Shown one piece after another: positions 16,963-26,626 of a DNA stretch of 64,000 nucleotides. The notes beneath the pieces were generated by a model. That model was not told the DNA's origin and did not search any database. It saw only the letters and a list, made by a program, of their open reading frames with translations. A program made the translations under genes and the position numbers. Each line of letters opens with the position of its first letter. Position 1 is the stretch's first letter. This stretch comes from Deltaproteobacteria bacterium (GTDB lineage Bacteria > Desulfobacterota > Desulfobacteria > Desulfobacterales > G020354645). Where the stretch lies: positions 190,330 through 254,329 of the forward strand of contig CP070652.1 of NCBI GenBank assembly GCA_020354645.1, read 5' to 3'.

Positions 16963-19011
16963 TTACCAGTGATGAATCAGGGGAGAATTCAAAAGCGGCC
17001 AGATTCCCTTGTCACGGTTGCGACCGTTGCTGAAAGCAAGATAACTGTATTTGCCGTAGTGAGTAATCTTGCGGGCGACGGTTTCGGCATACGGTGATGA
17101 AATCGGAAAAAACAAGGCCACCACACGATCCTGGACGAAAGGATGAGGAAATACGCCAAAAAATATATCCGAATCCCGATTATACAAGGTTCCGTTAAGG
17201 TTGAACGTTTCTTTTTCTAAAACAACGTGTTCAGGTATCTGTGTTAAAATATTTTTGCGACGCGGAAACCCGATCAGCAGAATATCATTGTCAGTGATCA
17301 TCTCATCTGTGACCTTGTTTTCCCTGACAATTTCGGCTTTCTGAAATCCCAAGGAATCCTTCAAAATATCCAACACTTTTGTGGTGTCGGTTTTCAGGCT
17401 GTCTGCCAAAATCACCAGCACGGTGGACGACCCTTTGAGGGAATTGATTGAAGGCGGGATTTCGGACGGTTCAAGTCTTCTGAAAATGTTGACGTTCGGA
17501 TCCAAAGAAAGTCTCGCCGGTTTGCTGTTACAATTTACTTCAAAGGCAGTTACCTTTCCGGCCAAGCTGATCGTTTTCATTATTTTTTGACCGTCGGTCT
17601 CGAGCAACAGATCGGCTTTCAATCGATAGTAAGGCCGCTTCTGAATGATTTGTCCCCGTACCTGCCACCAATCGCCCGTGCCTTGCGATGATACCTCTTT
17701 AAAAGTTAAATACGGTGCGCCGGCCTGAGCGACCCATTGATTAAAAAATTTTTGTAATGGAAGTTTTCCCCGGCGTTCAAACGCCTTTTGAATATCCCGC
17801 CAGGATACCACTTGAAACAGTCGCTCCCGATAAAGATCTTTAAGTGCTCCCCAAAAGGCTTCTTCCCCCAGCATCACTCTGAGCATATGAAAGACCATGG
17901 CCGCCTTGTCATAGCCGATTGTTTTCGAGCTCGGGCTGTAGCGGCTTTCAAAAGACCTCAGCGGAAAATCAATCTCTGGTCGAACCAAGGTGGCATAATT
18001 GCGAAGAATTTGCCGCCGATACTCGAGAGCAGCCTCGGCAGACTCCCTTTCCCTGAAAAGATAATCCGCTACATAGGTTGTCAGACCTTCGGACCAGTTG
18101 CCTTTGGCATAATCCACATATACACCGTTCCCCCACCAACAATGGGCAATTTCATGTCCAAGGCTGGTTCGCACAATAAAGGGGAGACGCAGGACGCGGC
18201 TGCCGAGTAAGGTATACGATGAAAATCCGCAGCCAGTGGGGAAAAAATTTTCCACTACGGCAAATTTAGAGAAAGGGTAAGGACCAAATAAGTTCTCATA
18301 AAGCTCCAGATACTGGGCCGTTGCCTCAAGATAACCGGCTGCCAAATACTGACTCTCAGGGAAAAAATAGGTGGCGGCCACGATCCTTCCAACGGTTTTT
18401 TCTTGCACAATGTATTGAGCAGCAGAGAGGGAAAGGCCTCTTGTGGGATAATGGATTTCCCATGTGGACGCAGTTATACCGTTTTGAGTTTGCTGTCCCA
18501 ATGATCGACCTGCCGTAACCGATATGATTCCCGCGGGAGCGTCAACCTGTAACAGGTAAGTCGACCGGCTTTGGACGATCTCGGGATACCAGCTGGCTCC
18601 TGACAACAAAAGCGTCCCTTTTTCAGAAATTGTTGCGGTGACACCATAACCGGGGTTGTCGACACTCACCGGTTGGATTGGAACCGGATCGTCAAAGATA
18701 GCCGAATACAAAAGCCGAACCCGCACAAGGTCCGTCCTTTCATTAGGTTTCAGTAAAATCCGGTGCCGCGAATGATCCGAGATTAAATCCGCAGGCATCC
18801 CGTTTACCATCACTTCAAACCGGCCGGCTTTTTCAGTGAGGATAAAATCAAGGACTGCGGCGCCTTCGGGCCTGACGTCCATGTCGTCAATTCCGGTTAA
18901 TCTGCTTTCTTGCGGGTATATTCTAACCTTCAAATTGTGATGAACACTCAGTGCCGCTGCCGGTTGCGTAATTCCGAAAACAATAAGAAACAAAAGTATC
19001 TTGATAGCCAT
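16963..19011 (-). CDS. M1-family (gluzincin) aminopeptidase-like secreted protein
   Basis: HEIAHCWWGN (HExxH) plus WSEGLTTY downstream. The probable start is MAIKILLFLIVFG (signal peptide) at 19011. The track ORF extends to 19092. Confidence 0.8.
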   Translation of the reverse strand: MAIKILLFLIVFGITQPAAALSVHHNLKVRIYPQESRLTGIDDMDVRPEGAAVLDFILTEKAGRFEVMVNGMPADLISDHSRHRILLKPNERTDLVRVRLLYSAIFDDPVPIQPVSVDNPGYGVTATISEKGTLLLSGASWYPEIVQSRSTYLLQVDAPAGIISVTAGRSLGQQTQNGITASTWEIHYPTRGLSLSAAQYIVQEKTVGRIVAATYFFPESQYLAAGYLEATAQYLELYENLFGPYPFSKFAVVENFFPTGCGFSSYTLLGSRVLRLPFIVRTSLGHEIAHCWWGNGVYVDYAKGNWSEGLTTYVADYLFRERESAEAALEYRRQILRNYATLVRPEIDFPLRSFESRYSPSSKTIGYDKAAMVFHMLRVMLGEEAFWGALKDLYRERLFQVVSWRDIQKAFERRGKLPLQKFFNQWVAQAGAPYLTFKEVSSQGTGDWWQVRGQIIQKRPYYRLKADLLLETDGQKIMKTISLAGKVTAFEVNCNSKPARLSLDPNVNIFRRLEPSEIPPSINSLKGSSTVLVILADSLKTDTTKVLDILKDSLGFQKAEIVRENKVTDEMITDNDILLIGFPRRKNILTQIPEHVVLEKETFNLNGTLYNRDSDIFFGVFPHPFVQDRVVALFFPISSPYAETVARKITHYGKYSYLAFSNGRNRDKGIWPLLNSPLIHHW

Positions 19012-19299
19012 ACAATGCTTTGGACAATTACGAAGTGACTGGGATTTCCAAATAGATGGAAAAGATCGACATGTTTTCTGGTGAGTTACCATTTTAAGTT
19101 ATCAGCTGAAACCTTTCCGCATCTATGTAATCAATAATTATTTTTAGTGTAAACATTCAGGAAATTCGTCCCCCTAACAACCTATCAAAACCATCTGATT
19201 CGCATCGAAACATTTTTGCAAACACTATCAATTTAAGTATTATGAGAATGATGTCAAAAATCGCACTCACATATTTTGACCTATTATCAAAATGCAAGC

Positions 19300-19328
19300 T
19301 TGACTTCATAGCTTTTTTTAGTTAATAG
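19300..19328 (+). promoter_or_regulatory. Candidate promoter (TTGACT-17 nt-TAATAG) for the nudix-rbr operon
   Basis: Sequence match only. The -10 element is weak and overlaps the 19324-19342 palindrome. Confidence 0.25.
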
Positions 19329-19342
19329 GAATGATTCCTATT
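19324..19342. promoter_or_regulatory. Perfect 9-1-9 palindrome AATAGGAAT-G-ATTCCTATT, candidate Fur/PerR-family operator
   Basis: Read directly from the sequence. It lies about 80 nt upstream of the Nudix start and about 650 nt upstream of rubrerythrin in the same operon. Confidence 0.4.
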
Positions 19343-19420
19343 TGAAATAAGAAATTTTATTTGATCAATCTTTTGGTAATGCAAGGGGATTTTGTTGACA
19401 ACACAGCCTTATATGGAGAA

Positions 19421-19957
19421 ATGATGGATTTTAAGTTTTGTCCGTACTGTGGGAATTTACTTGAGGATCTATTGAAGGATAACAAAGTGCGGCTGTACTG
19501 CAATCGCTGTCGTCGAAATCATTACCGCAATCCCACGGTCGGTGTAGCCGTTATTATATATAAAAATAACAGTATCCTTCTGGTAAAACGTCGGTGCTCT
19601 TATGAAGGGAAGTGGTGTATTCCCTGCGGTCATGTCGAATGTGGAGAAGAGGTCCGCTCTGCGGCAGTTCGGGAAATAAAAGAAGAAACAGGCCTTGAGA
19701 TCGAAATCGGACCTGTTTTTGAAGTGCATTCAAATTTTCATGACTCGGAGAATCAAACGGTTGGGATCTGGTTTTGGGGAATCAACCAAGATGGAAATCT
19801 CCAAGCCGGATCGGATGCCGGTGAGGTTCGATTCTTCCCTCTGGACGCATTACCGGAATCAATGGCCTTCCCGACCGATCTTCTTGTTTGCCGTCAACTC
19901 AGGCGTCGATTAGAATCCGATAAACTGCAGGGGTGGCTGAATTCATGCTTGGCATAA
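19421..19957 (+). CDS. Nudix hydrolase with N-terminal Zn-ribbon (paralog type of 15473-16024)
   Basis: CPYCG...CNRCR ribbon and Nudix box [29 protein letters not shown] lies before ATGATG at 19421/19424. The track ORF starts at a TTG at 19361. Confidence 0.85.
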   Translation: MMDFKFCPYCGNLLEDLLKDNKVRLYCNRCRRNHYRNPTVGVAVIIYKNNSILLVKRRCSYEGKWCIPCGHVECGEEVRSAAVREIKEETGLEIEIGPVFEVHSNFHDSENQTVGIWFWGINQDGNLQAGSDAGEVRFFPLDALPESMAFPTDLLVCRQLRRRLESDKLQGWLNSCLA

Positions 19958-19998
19958 AAAATGAAATATTTACTGAAGTCAGAGAAAGGAGGAAGTTT

Positions 19999-20493
19999 AT
20001 GAGTAAAACCGAACAAAATCTAAAAGACGCATTTGCCGGGGAATCCCAGGCCAACCGAAAATATCTGGCCTTTGCAGAGAAAGCTAACCGTGAAGGATAT
20101 CCGCAAGTTGCCAAACTTTTTCGGGCTGCGGCCGAGGCGGAGACCGTTCATGCCCATTCGCATCTCAGAAGCCTTAAAGGGGTAAAAAGCACCGCCGAAA
20201 ACCTTCAGGAAGCCATTACAGGCGAAACCTATGAATTCAAATCAATGTATCCACATATGATCGAGGATGCCAAGGCCGAGGATGAAAGCGCCGCAGCCCG
20301 AAGCTTCACCTATGCCAATGCGGTTGAAAAGGTACACGCCGAACTGTATCAAAAGGCCCTGGATAACTTGGACAACCTTGAAGAAGTTGACTATTATGTA
20401 TGCCCGGTATGCGGCTACACCCGTGAAACCACCCCCCCTGATGTCTGCCCGGTGTGCGGCGCCAAAGCCAAAGTGTTTTTTAAAGTGGATTAA
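19999..20493 (+). CDS. rbr: Rubrerythrin
   Basis: MSKTEQNLKDAFAGESQANRKYLAFAEKA di-iron four-helix domain plus a C-terminal CPVCGY...CPVCGA rubredoxin-like domain. AGGAGG RBS before ATG 19999. Confidence 0.92.
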   Translation: MSKTEQNLKDAFAGESQANRKYLAFAEKANREGYPQVAKLFRAAAEAETVHAHSHLRSLKGVKSTAENLQEAITGETYEFKSMYPHMIEDAKAEDESAAARSFTYANAVEKVHAELYQKALDNLDNLEEVDYYVCPVCGYTRETTPPDVCPVCGAKAKVFFKVD

Positions 20494-20884
20494 GCCGCCT
20501 GCCGGTGCAAAAGGTGCGGGTACAACCTGTTAAGGTTTAAGTGGCAAGGAAAACGGTCCGATCGAATCAGGCGATTTACCTAAAGCGTAACCCTTTCGAT
20601 CGGACCTATCTCTATCATAGCGCTAAAACCGTTCAGTGTAAAACCGCTTGTAGCGACCCAACGGACACGTTAAAGGCGACATCCTGCTTTAATCTTTCCA
20701 GATATTTTCCCCCCCAACTATTTTAGGATCTTCTCAAGAATGCATGCGCTCTGGAATTCAAAAACGCTTTATCTCGTTTTCATGCGCACATTTATGTAAA
20801 AAGCTTTAATTTAATCGTAATTAAGAAACAAATACTTGATTCGGGTTTGTAAAGAATTACTTTTAAGAAAATCGAAAATTTATC

Positions 20885-20906
20885 GTGATTCTCAAAATAA
20901 TGTTCC
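20885..20906. repeat. Solo family-A terminal repeat fragment (GTGATTCTCAAAATAATGTTCC)
   Basis: Matches the ends of A3 (14745-) and A4 (26951-26972, reverse orientation). Confidence 0.6.
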
Positions 20907-20950
20907 ACTTCAATTATTATGAGAAGCGTTTGGGGTTTCGGGCGAAGTCA

Positions 20951-21025
20951 TTCGGAACATATTTCTAATGAAGCTCCCTGAAGTCCCGCTGTAAGCGGGA
21001 CAGTGTATTCAGGCGAAGGCGAATA
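20951..21025. repeat. Internally deleted, inverted copy of the family-B element
   Basis: TTCGGAACATATTTCTAATGAAGCTCCCTG and CAGTGTATTCAGGCGAAGGCGAATA match the reverse complements of both ends of 11521-11774. The core is a short CCCGCTGTAAGCGGG hairpin. Confidence 0.65.
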
Positions 21026-21048
21026 ACCAGCTTAACACGAGGATTTCC

Positions 21049-21663
21049 ATGGCACAAAACAAACAAGACCAAAATAAATATGTTAAAAAAGAAACCATGC
21101 TGATGGTGGCCTTCATCACCTTTACCGCCGGTTTTTTAGCCGGCATTGCCTATGGCATATTCAAAGACGAACCGCGTCAAGCAGCCCGGGTAGAACAGCG
21201 GCAAGCGACTCAGCCGGCCACCGGCCCCGACTTCAGTTCAAAGATTGCCGCCCTTGAACTCGAGGTTGCCCAAAACCCCACCAAAGTGGGGTCATGGATT
21301 CAGCTGGGTAATCTGTATTTTGACACTAATAAATACGATCGGGCCATTATGGCTTACAAAAAGTCTCTTGAACTGAACCCTCAAAATGCAGATGTATGGA
21401 CGGACATGGGTGTGATGTACCGCCGCAGCGGCCAGCCGGCTGAAGCCATCAAGGCCTTTGATAAAGCCATTGAAATAAATCCGCGGCACGAAATATCTCG
21501 CTTCAACAAAGGGATTGTACTGCTGCACGATTTAAACGATCAGGAAAATGCTATCCGGGCATGGGAAGAACTCATCAAAATAAACCCCATTGCCATGGCC
21601 CCAACGGGGCAATCGGTAGACCAGCTCGTCGTTCAGCTAAAAAACCAAAAGAAATCCCAGTAA
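21049..21663 (+). CDS. Membrane-anchored TPR-repeat protein
   Basis: One N-terminal TM helix, then TPR-like repeats (WIQLGNLYFDTNKYDRAIMAYKKSLELNPQNADVW...). Confidence 0.7.
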   Translation: MAQNKQDQNKYVKKETMLMVAFITFTAGFLAGIAYGIFKDEPRQAARVEQRQATQPATGPDFSSKIAALELEVAQNPTKVGSWIQLGNLYFDTNKYDRAIMAYKKSLELNPQNADVWTDMGVMYRRSGQPAEAIKAFDKAIEINPRHEISRFNKGIVLLHDLNDQENAIRAWEELIKINPIAMAPTGQSVDQLVVQLKNQKKSQ

Positions 21664-21735
21664 ACGCTGTTAAAAGTTAGGTGAAGCATTCCGCTAAAAT
21701 AGTGCTTGAACGCTGACTTTTTCCATCGAATGGGC

Positions 21736-22956
21736 TTACCGGTAGTCCCAATCCCGTAACCCCCAGATCATTGCAATTATGGCCAAGGCAGTAATTCCAG
21801 CAGAAACCAATCCAGTTGCCTCTATTCCACCGAATGACCAGATAAAACCGCCTATCAATACTCCGATCACTCTCCCAAGGCCACCCGCAGCCGAAAAAAA
21901 AGATATCAGTGTCGCGCGCAACTCCGGCATAATTTCCGTGCAAAGAGAAACAAACACGACAATGGAAAATTCAAATGCTAAAAAAATAATAAAAAGCCCG
22001 ATCAGGGCCGGTGAAAGTGACTTGCCGATAAATGGCAACAATAAGAAGCCTATCAGTGTGATGAATAAACCGATTATGGCTGCCCGTTTCAACCCCACTC
22101 TGTCAGCCAAAAGAGCCGTTAGCAACTCTCCCAAAAACTCGGCGATACCGATCAAGCTGACCCCTAATCCAAGAGCAATAATACTCAATCCAAAATATTC
22201 TTCCAACCAGACACCATACACCACGAAAAGATTATCAATGGCGATGCTTATCAATAATGCGAAAGCCAAAGCGCCCAAAGCCGCACGCTTTTGCACTAAT
22301 TGTTTCCAGGCAACCCATATACTGGCGCTAGCGCTACGTAAAGTCTTTTTTCCATCTCTGGGTATCAGCATTCCCAAGACCATCATACACACTAAACCCG
22401 AACCGGCCAGAAAGAAAAAGGGGGAACGCCACCCCCCCCGGTCTATGAGAAAACCAATTATGGGTATGCCGATCAGTGTGCTCCCTGCCCAACTGAACTC
22501 AAACAAGCCGATCGCCAGACCTCGCCGCCGGTAGGGTATCCGTTCACCGGTATATGCCAGTACGGCCGGATCATAAACGGTTTTTGCCAAACCAGCCATA
22601 AATATCGCTACCAGGACAACCCAGTAAAACGGCCAGAGCCCAACGCTAAACATTCCTAAGACCAACATGCCCAAACCACTCATCATCATCAATCTGTAGC
22701 CAAAACGATCTGCCAGAGGTCCAAAAAACAAGCCCAGCAGCCCGGTAACCTGGTTCACGGCAATTAATGATGTCACTGCAGTTAAAGGTACACCCATCCC
22801 TCGACTCAAGGCAGGTGCAAAGGGATATGCAAATCTGCGGGCGGTAGATAAAAGCAATCGACACAGCGAGGCAATCACTATCTGCCAGACTAAAACTGAA
22901 GATGATCCGATCCGTTGCGAAACATTTGAGTGGTCGGGCATAATCATCCTATTCAA
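21736..22956 (-). CDS. MFS transporter
   Basis: 406 aa, about 12 hydrophobic helices. MFS-like GPLADRFGYR and DRVGLKR loops. Confidence 0.85.
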   Translation of the reverse strand: MNRMIMPDHSNVSQRIGSSSVLVWQIVIASLCRLLLSTARRFAYPFAPALSRGMGVPLTAVTSLIAVNQVTGLLGLFFGPLADRFGYRLMMMSGLGMLVLGMFSVGLWPFYWVVLVAIFMAGLAKTVYDPAVLAYTGERIPYRRRGLAIGLFEFSWAGSTLIGIPIIGFLIDRGGWRSPFFFLAGSGLVCMMVLGMLIPRDGKKTLRSASASIWVAWKQLVQKRAALGALAFALLISIAIDNLFVVYGVWLEEYFGLSIIALGLGVSLIGIAEFLGELLTALLADRVGLKRAAIIGLFITLIGFLLLPFIGKSLSPALIGLFIIFLAFEFSIVVFVSLCTEIMPELRATLISFFSAAGGLGRVIGVLIGGFIWSFGGIEATGLVSAGITALAIIAMIWGLRDWDYR

Positions 22957-22970
22957 AGGGATTCATTGCC

Positions 22971-24377
22971 TTATACATCCCCCTTACCAAGCTGATTGGA
23001 GACCTCAGCCACAGCATCTTTTGCAATGGCAATGATTTGGTCGATATCAGCTTCCATCACGATTAACGGCGGAGCGAATCCGAGAATGTCACCATGGGGC
23101 ATCGGGCGTGCAATCAATCCCCTATCCAAACAGGCCGTCGAAACACGGGCACCCACTTTCAAATCCGCGTCAAACTTCGCCTTGGTGGCTTTATCGGCCA
23201 CAAACTCCAGGGCGCCCAGCAGCGCCACACCGCGGACCTCTCCGACCATGGGATGGTCGTCAAAGGTCTCATGCAGGCGTTTCTGGAAGTATGCGCCGGT
23301 GGTGCGGGCATTTTCAATAATCTTTTCCTTTTCGAGGATAGCAAGGTTTGCCAGACCGGCGGCGGCAGCCAGGGCATGCCCCGAATAGGTCCACCCGTGC
23401 CCGATGGGACCAAATTTTTCACTGCCCTGCTCCAGAACTTCCCAGACCTTGTCACTGACGATAACGCCCGACAGCGGAAGATAACCGCTGGTGAGTCCCT
23501 TGGCAATGGTCATCAGATCGGGTTTAATTTTGTAAAGATCACTACCGAAATTATATCCTACACGACCAAAGCCGGTAACCACTTCATCGACAATCAGCAA
23601 TACGTCGTATTTGTCGAGGATGGGTTGGATTTCGTCCCAGTAGCCCTCAGGGGGCGGGATAATTCCACCGGTCCCCAGTATGGGTTCACCGATGAAGGCA
23701 GCAATCGTATCCGGATTTTCTGCAATGATCTTTTGCTCCAGTTTCTCAGCGCACCAGCGAGAAAACTCCCGTTCGGTCATGCCGTCACGGGCTTCCCGGT
23801 AATAATGCGGCGTTTCGGTATATTTAACGTCATCAACCGGCAGGTTGAAATTTTCCTGAAAAACGGGCAGTCCGGTGAGGCTGCCGGTCATGATTCCCGA
23901 ACCGTGATATCCGCGATAGCGCGAGATGATCTTACGCCTTTGAGGCCGCCCGAGAACATGGTTGTAGTACCAGGCCAGCTTAATCTGGGTCTCATTGGCA
24001 TCCGAGCCGGAAAGGCCGTAAAATACCTTGCTCATGCCCTCCGGTGCCATCGCCAGAATTTTTTCAGAGAGTCTGATCACCGGTTCGTTGGAATGTCCGA
24101 CATAGGTATGGTAGTAAGCCAGTTTTTGGGCTTGGGCATAAATAGCATCGGCGATCTCCATGCGGCCAAAGCCGACGTTGACACAATAGAGACCGGCGAA
24201 ACCATCGATGTATTCATTCCCTTTGGTATCCCGAATGCGGATTCCGTTGCCGGCATCAATGATCCGCGGGGTGCCGAGTTTGCCTCCGGCATGGTCTTTC
24301 AAGTGGGTAGCAGCATGAAAGACGGTGCGACGATCGATTTCTTCCAAACTTAGACTGTGGCGATTTTCACTGTTCAT
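22971..24377 (-). CDS. Class-III (omega) PLP aminotransferase, DoeD/diaminobutyrate- or beta-alanine-type
   Basis: Class-III blocks are present: GFAGLYCVNVGFGR, SGSDANE, LLIVDEVVTGFGRVG and the TIAKGLTSGYLP Lys. GGAGG RBS before ATG 24377. The track ORF starts at 24419. Confidence 0.88.
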   Translation of the reverse strand: MNSENRHSLSLEEIDRRTVFHAATHLKDHAGGKLGTPRIIDAGNGIRIRDTKGNEYIDGFAGLYCVNVGFGRMEIADAIYAQAQKLAYYHTYVGHSNEPVIRLSEKILAMAPEGMSKVFYGLSGSDANETQIKLAWYYNHVLGRPQRRKIISRYRGYHGSGIMTGSLTGLPVFQENFNLPVDDVKYTETPHYYREARDGMTEREFSRWCAEKLEQKIIAENPDTIAAFIGEPILGTGGIIPPPEGYWDEIQPILDKYDVLLIVDEVVTGFGRVGYNFGSDLYKIKPDLMTIAKGLTSGYLPLSGVIVSDKVWEVLEQGSEKFGPIGHGWTYSGHALAAAAGLANLAILEKEKIIENARTTGAYFQKRLHETFDDHPMVGEVRGVALLGALEFVADKATKAKFDADLKVGARVSTACLDRGLIARPMPHGDILGFAPPLIVMEADIDQIIAIAKDAVAEVSNQLGKGDV

Positions 24378-24534
24378 TACAAAACCTCCAGGAGTAATAT
24401 TTATGGATTTTATTTCCAAGCAGCCCCGCTCTTCATGGCGGAGAGCTTTACTTCAGCTGGGATCGAATGTGGGGACTTTTACACTGGATGGGGATGAAAT
24501 GTCAATTCTGATTGATATTTTATTTGGATCTCAA

Positions 24535-25521
24535 TTAATGTTTTTTGTATCGGTTGGCAATAATGTCGGTCAGCAAAGATATATCCACGTTGCTGCCACT
24601 GACAACGACTGCCACATTCTGTCCCAAGTCGGTTATGTGATCGTGCAGGATTGCAGCAATACCAACTGCTCCCGCTCCCTCCACAACCAAGCGATGCGTA
24701 TCAAGCGCAAAGCGCATTGCGGCAGCGATTTCTTCCTCAGAGACCAGCACGATGTCATCGACGGTGTCCCGTACAATCGGAAAGGTGTAAGCATTGTCCA
24801 ATCCGATACCTCCAAGGAGGGCATCAGCCAGACTGTCTTTTTCTTCCACTTCAACCGGCTTGCCGGCTTTTAAGCTATGGTACATAGCCGGTGCGCAATC
24901 CATGGAGACACCGATGATTCGAATCCGCGAATCGGCGGATTTCAGAGCCAGGGCGATCCCGGCGATGAGTCCCCCGCCGGACAGCGGAACAACAACGCTG
25001 TCAACATTGGGAAGGTCTTCGAGAATTTCAATTCCTATAGTCCCCTGGCCCGCAATGATCATAGGATCGTCAAAAGGATTGATCATGGTTAATCCACGGT
25101 CCTTTTCAAGCTTCAGTGCATGGTTGTATGCTTCGTCCTGGCTGCTACCGTGTTGAACAACTTCGGCCCCGAGCGTTTGCATGGCTTCCACCCGGTAGTG
25201 CGGAACCCGGTTGGAAAGGCATATGACCGCATGGATTCCCATTTGCTTGGCCATGTAAGCCACCGCTCGACCGTGATTTCCGGTGGAAAAAGCGATCACA
25301 CCGCATGATTTTTCCTGACTGCTCAAAGAGATAAGTTTGTTCGCAGCCCCGCGGGCCTTGAATGATCCGGTTTCCTGAAGGCTTTCGAGTTTTAAATGCA
25401 CGGAAGCTCCCGCCTGTTCTGAGAGACTACCGGAAAAAATTAACGGTGTTTTACGTACAGTGAGGGATATGCGGTCTCTTGCAAGATAAATATCCCGTAA
25501 GGTTATTTTGCGGTTTCCCAT
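24535..25521 (-). CDS. PLP-dependent threonine/serine dehydratase-family enzyme (EutB-like)
   Basis: LESLQETGSFKARGA carries the PLP-Lys motif. The GGGLIAG glycine loop is present. 328 aa with no ACT regulatory domain. Confidence 0.85.
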   Translation of the reverse strand: MGNRKITLRDIYLARDRISLTVRKTPLIFSGSLSEQAGASVHLKLESLQETGSFKARGAANKLISLSSQEKSCGVIAFSTGNHGRAVAYMAKQMGIHAVICLSNRVPHYRVEAMQTLGAEVVQHGSSQDEAYNHALKLEKDRGLTMINPFDDPMIIAGQGTIGIEILEDLPNVDSVVVPLSGGGLIAGIALALKSADSRIRIIGVSMDCAPAMYHSLKAGKPVEVEEKDSLADALLGGIGLDNAYTFPIVRDTVDDIVLVSEEEIAAAMRFALDTHRLVVEGAGAVGIAAILHDHITDLGQNVAVVVSGSNVDISLLTDIIANRYKKH

Positions 25522-25586
25522 TAGGCTTAACAGCTCCGCTTCATGTGAATGAATTTCAAACTTGTATTTTTAGGAATTGGTCGATG

Positions 25587-26582
25587 TTAATCATGCTGTC
25601 TTTCCAGCCGCTTTTTCGTCGCTCCCAGATAATGCATGATTAAGGCCGCACCCATCATCGAGGTCACCCCGCCGCAGTCAAGACTCGGCGCGATTTCTAA
25701 TACGTCCAACCCTTTTGACAGCGGATGCTGCCCCATCTGCCAGACCATTTCCAGAGCTTCGTATGCGGTTAAGCCACCTGGGTTGGGTGCACACGTTCCC
25801 GGGGCAATGCTCATGTCCAGCCCATCAATGTCGATGCTGAGAAAAATCGCCTGGGTACCATCACTGGCAATCTCAAGCGCCTGTATGATAACATCATCAA
25901 CACCCCGGCGATGGACTTGACGGGCCGGAATGACAGTCACACCAATTTCACGGCAGTAGTCCATGTAATATCGCGAGTTGAGCCACCCATTGATCCCCAC
26001 TTGCACAAGATTCCTGGGTAAGACGGGATTTTCAGGTTCTTCCATGATGCGGCGGAAAGGGGTTCCGCTGGATACTTCTCCGTGGTGCGAGTGACGAACA
26101 TCAAGATGACCATCGATCATGATGACACCGACGTTACCTTCGGTGTTGTTGATCAGCGATTTGACATTCGGATAGGTGATCGAATGATCCCCGCCGATAA
26201 TGACCGGTGTCACGCCAAGTGCGAATACGACTGTCATGACCTGTTCGATCCGGTCGTGGGTACCGAGCACATCGGTTTGCAGGACATCAATATTGCCGAA
26301 ATCCGTGATAATTAACCCTGAAGACAGGTCCACATCGATACTCGGGTCATACACGTTGGAAAAAACTAACGAACTCCGCACGCTTTCCGGCCCGAACCGG
26401 CAACCGCGCCGTCCCATTACAGCGGTATCGAAGGGAACTCCCAGGATGCCGACATCGGCGTGTTCCGCTTCTCTCCAGTCCACCATGATATCGCTCAAGC
26501 CCACATCGTATTCATCCGGTACCCAGTTGGACGGGCGCGGTGCCTCGATCAGCAGCCTCTCAGCCTCTTTTGAGATTTGCAT
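25587..26582 (-). CDS. Arginase/agmatinase/formiminoglutamase-family ureohydrolase
   Basis: Mn-ligand blocks GGDHSITYP, IDGHLDV and SIDIDGLD are typical of the family. Confidence 0.85.
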   Translation of the reverse strand: MQISKEAERLLIEAPRPSNWVPDEYDVGLSDIMVDWREAEHADVGILGVPFDTAVMGRRGCRFGPESVRSSLVFSNVYDPSIDVDLSSGLIITDFGNIDVLQTDVLGTHDRIEQVMTVVFALGVTPVIIGGDHSITYPNVKSLINNTEGNVGVIMIDGHLDVRHSHHGEVSSGTPFRRIMEEPENPVLPRNLVQVGINGWLNSRYYMDYCREIGVTVIPARQVHRRGVDDVIIQALEIASDGTQAIFLSIDIDGLDMSIAPGTCAPNPGGLTAYEALEMVWQMGQHPLSKGLDVLEIAPSLDCGGVTSMMGAALIMHYLGATKKRLERQHD

Positions 26583-26626
26583 ATTCCCTGCCTCTTTCGA
26601 TTAAGTTTAAAGTTGATTCAGCCTTG

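Noticed and set aside
20555-20607. Stem GGTCCGATCGAA...TTCGATCGGACC after rubrerythrin as an intrinsic terminator
   Set aside because: The 12-bp arms are real, but the loop is about 29 nt and no U-tract follows. I did not list it as a terminator feature.
21779-22534. 251-aa plus-strand ORF antisense to the MFS transporter
   Set aside because: It is a shadow ORF. The product is Pro/Lys/Asn-rich with no hydrophobic or domain signal, while the opposite strand encodes a coherent 12-TM protein.
23094-24353. 419-aa ORF on the plus strand, fully antisense to the class-III aminotransferase gene
   Set aside because: The minus-strand frame carries all aminotransferase family motifs and a GGAGG RBS. 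The antisense product is low-complexity (Gly/Arg/Ile-rich), has no motif and no RBS. Long antisense ORFs arise readily opposite genes with this codon pattern.
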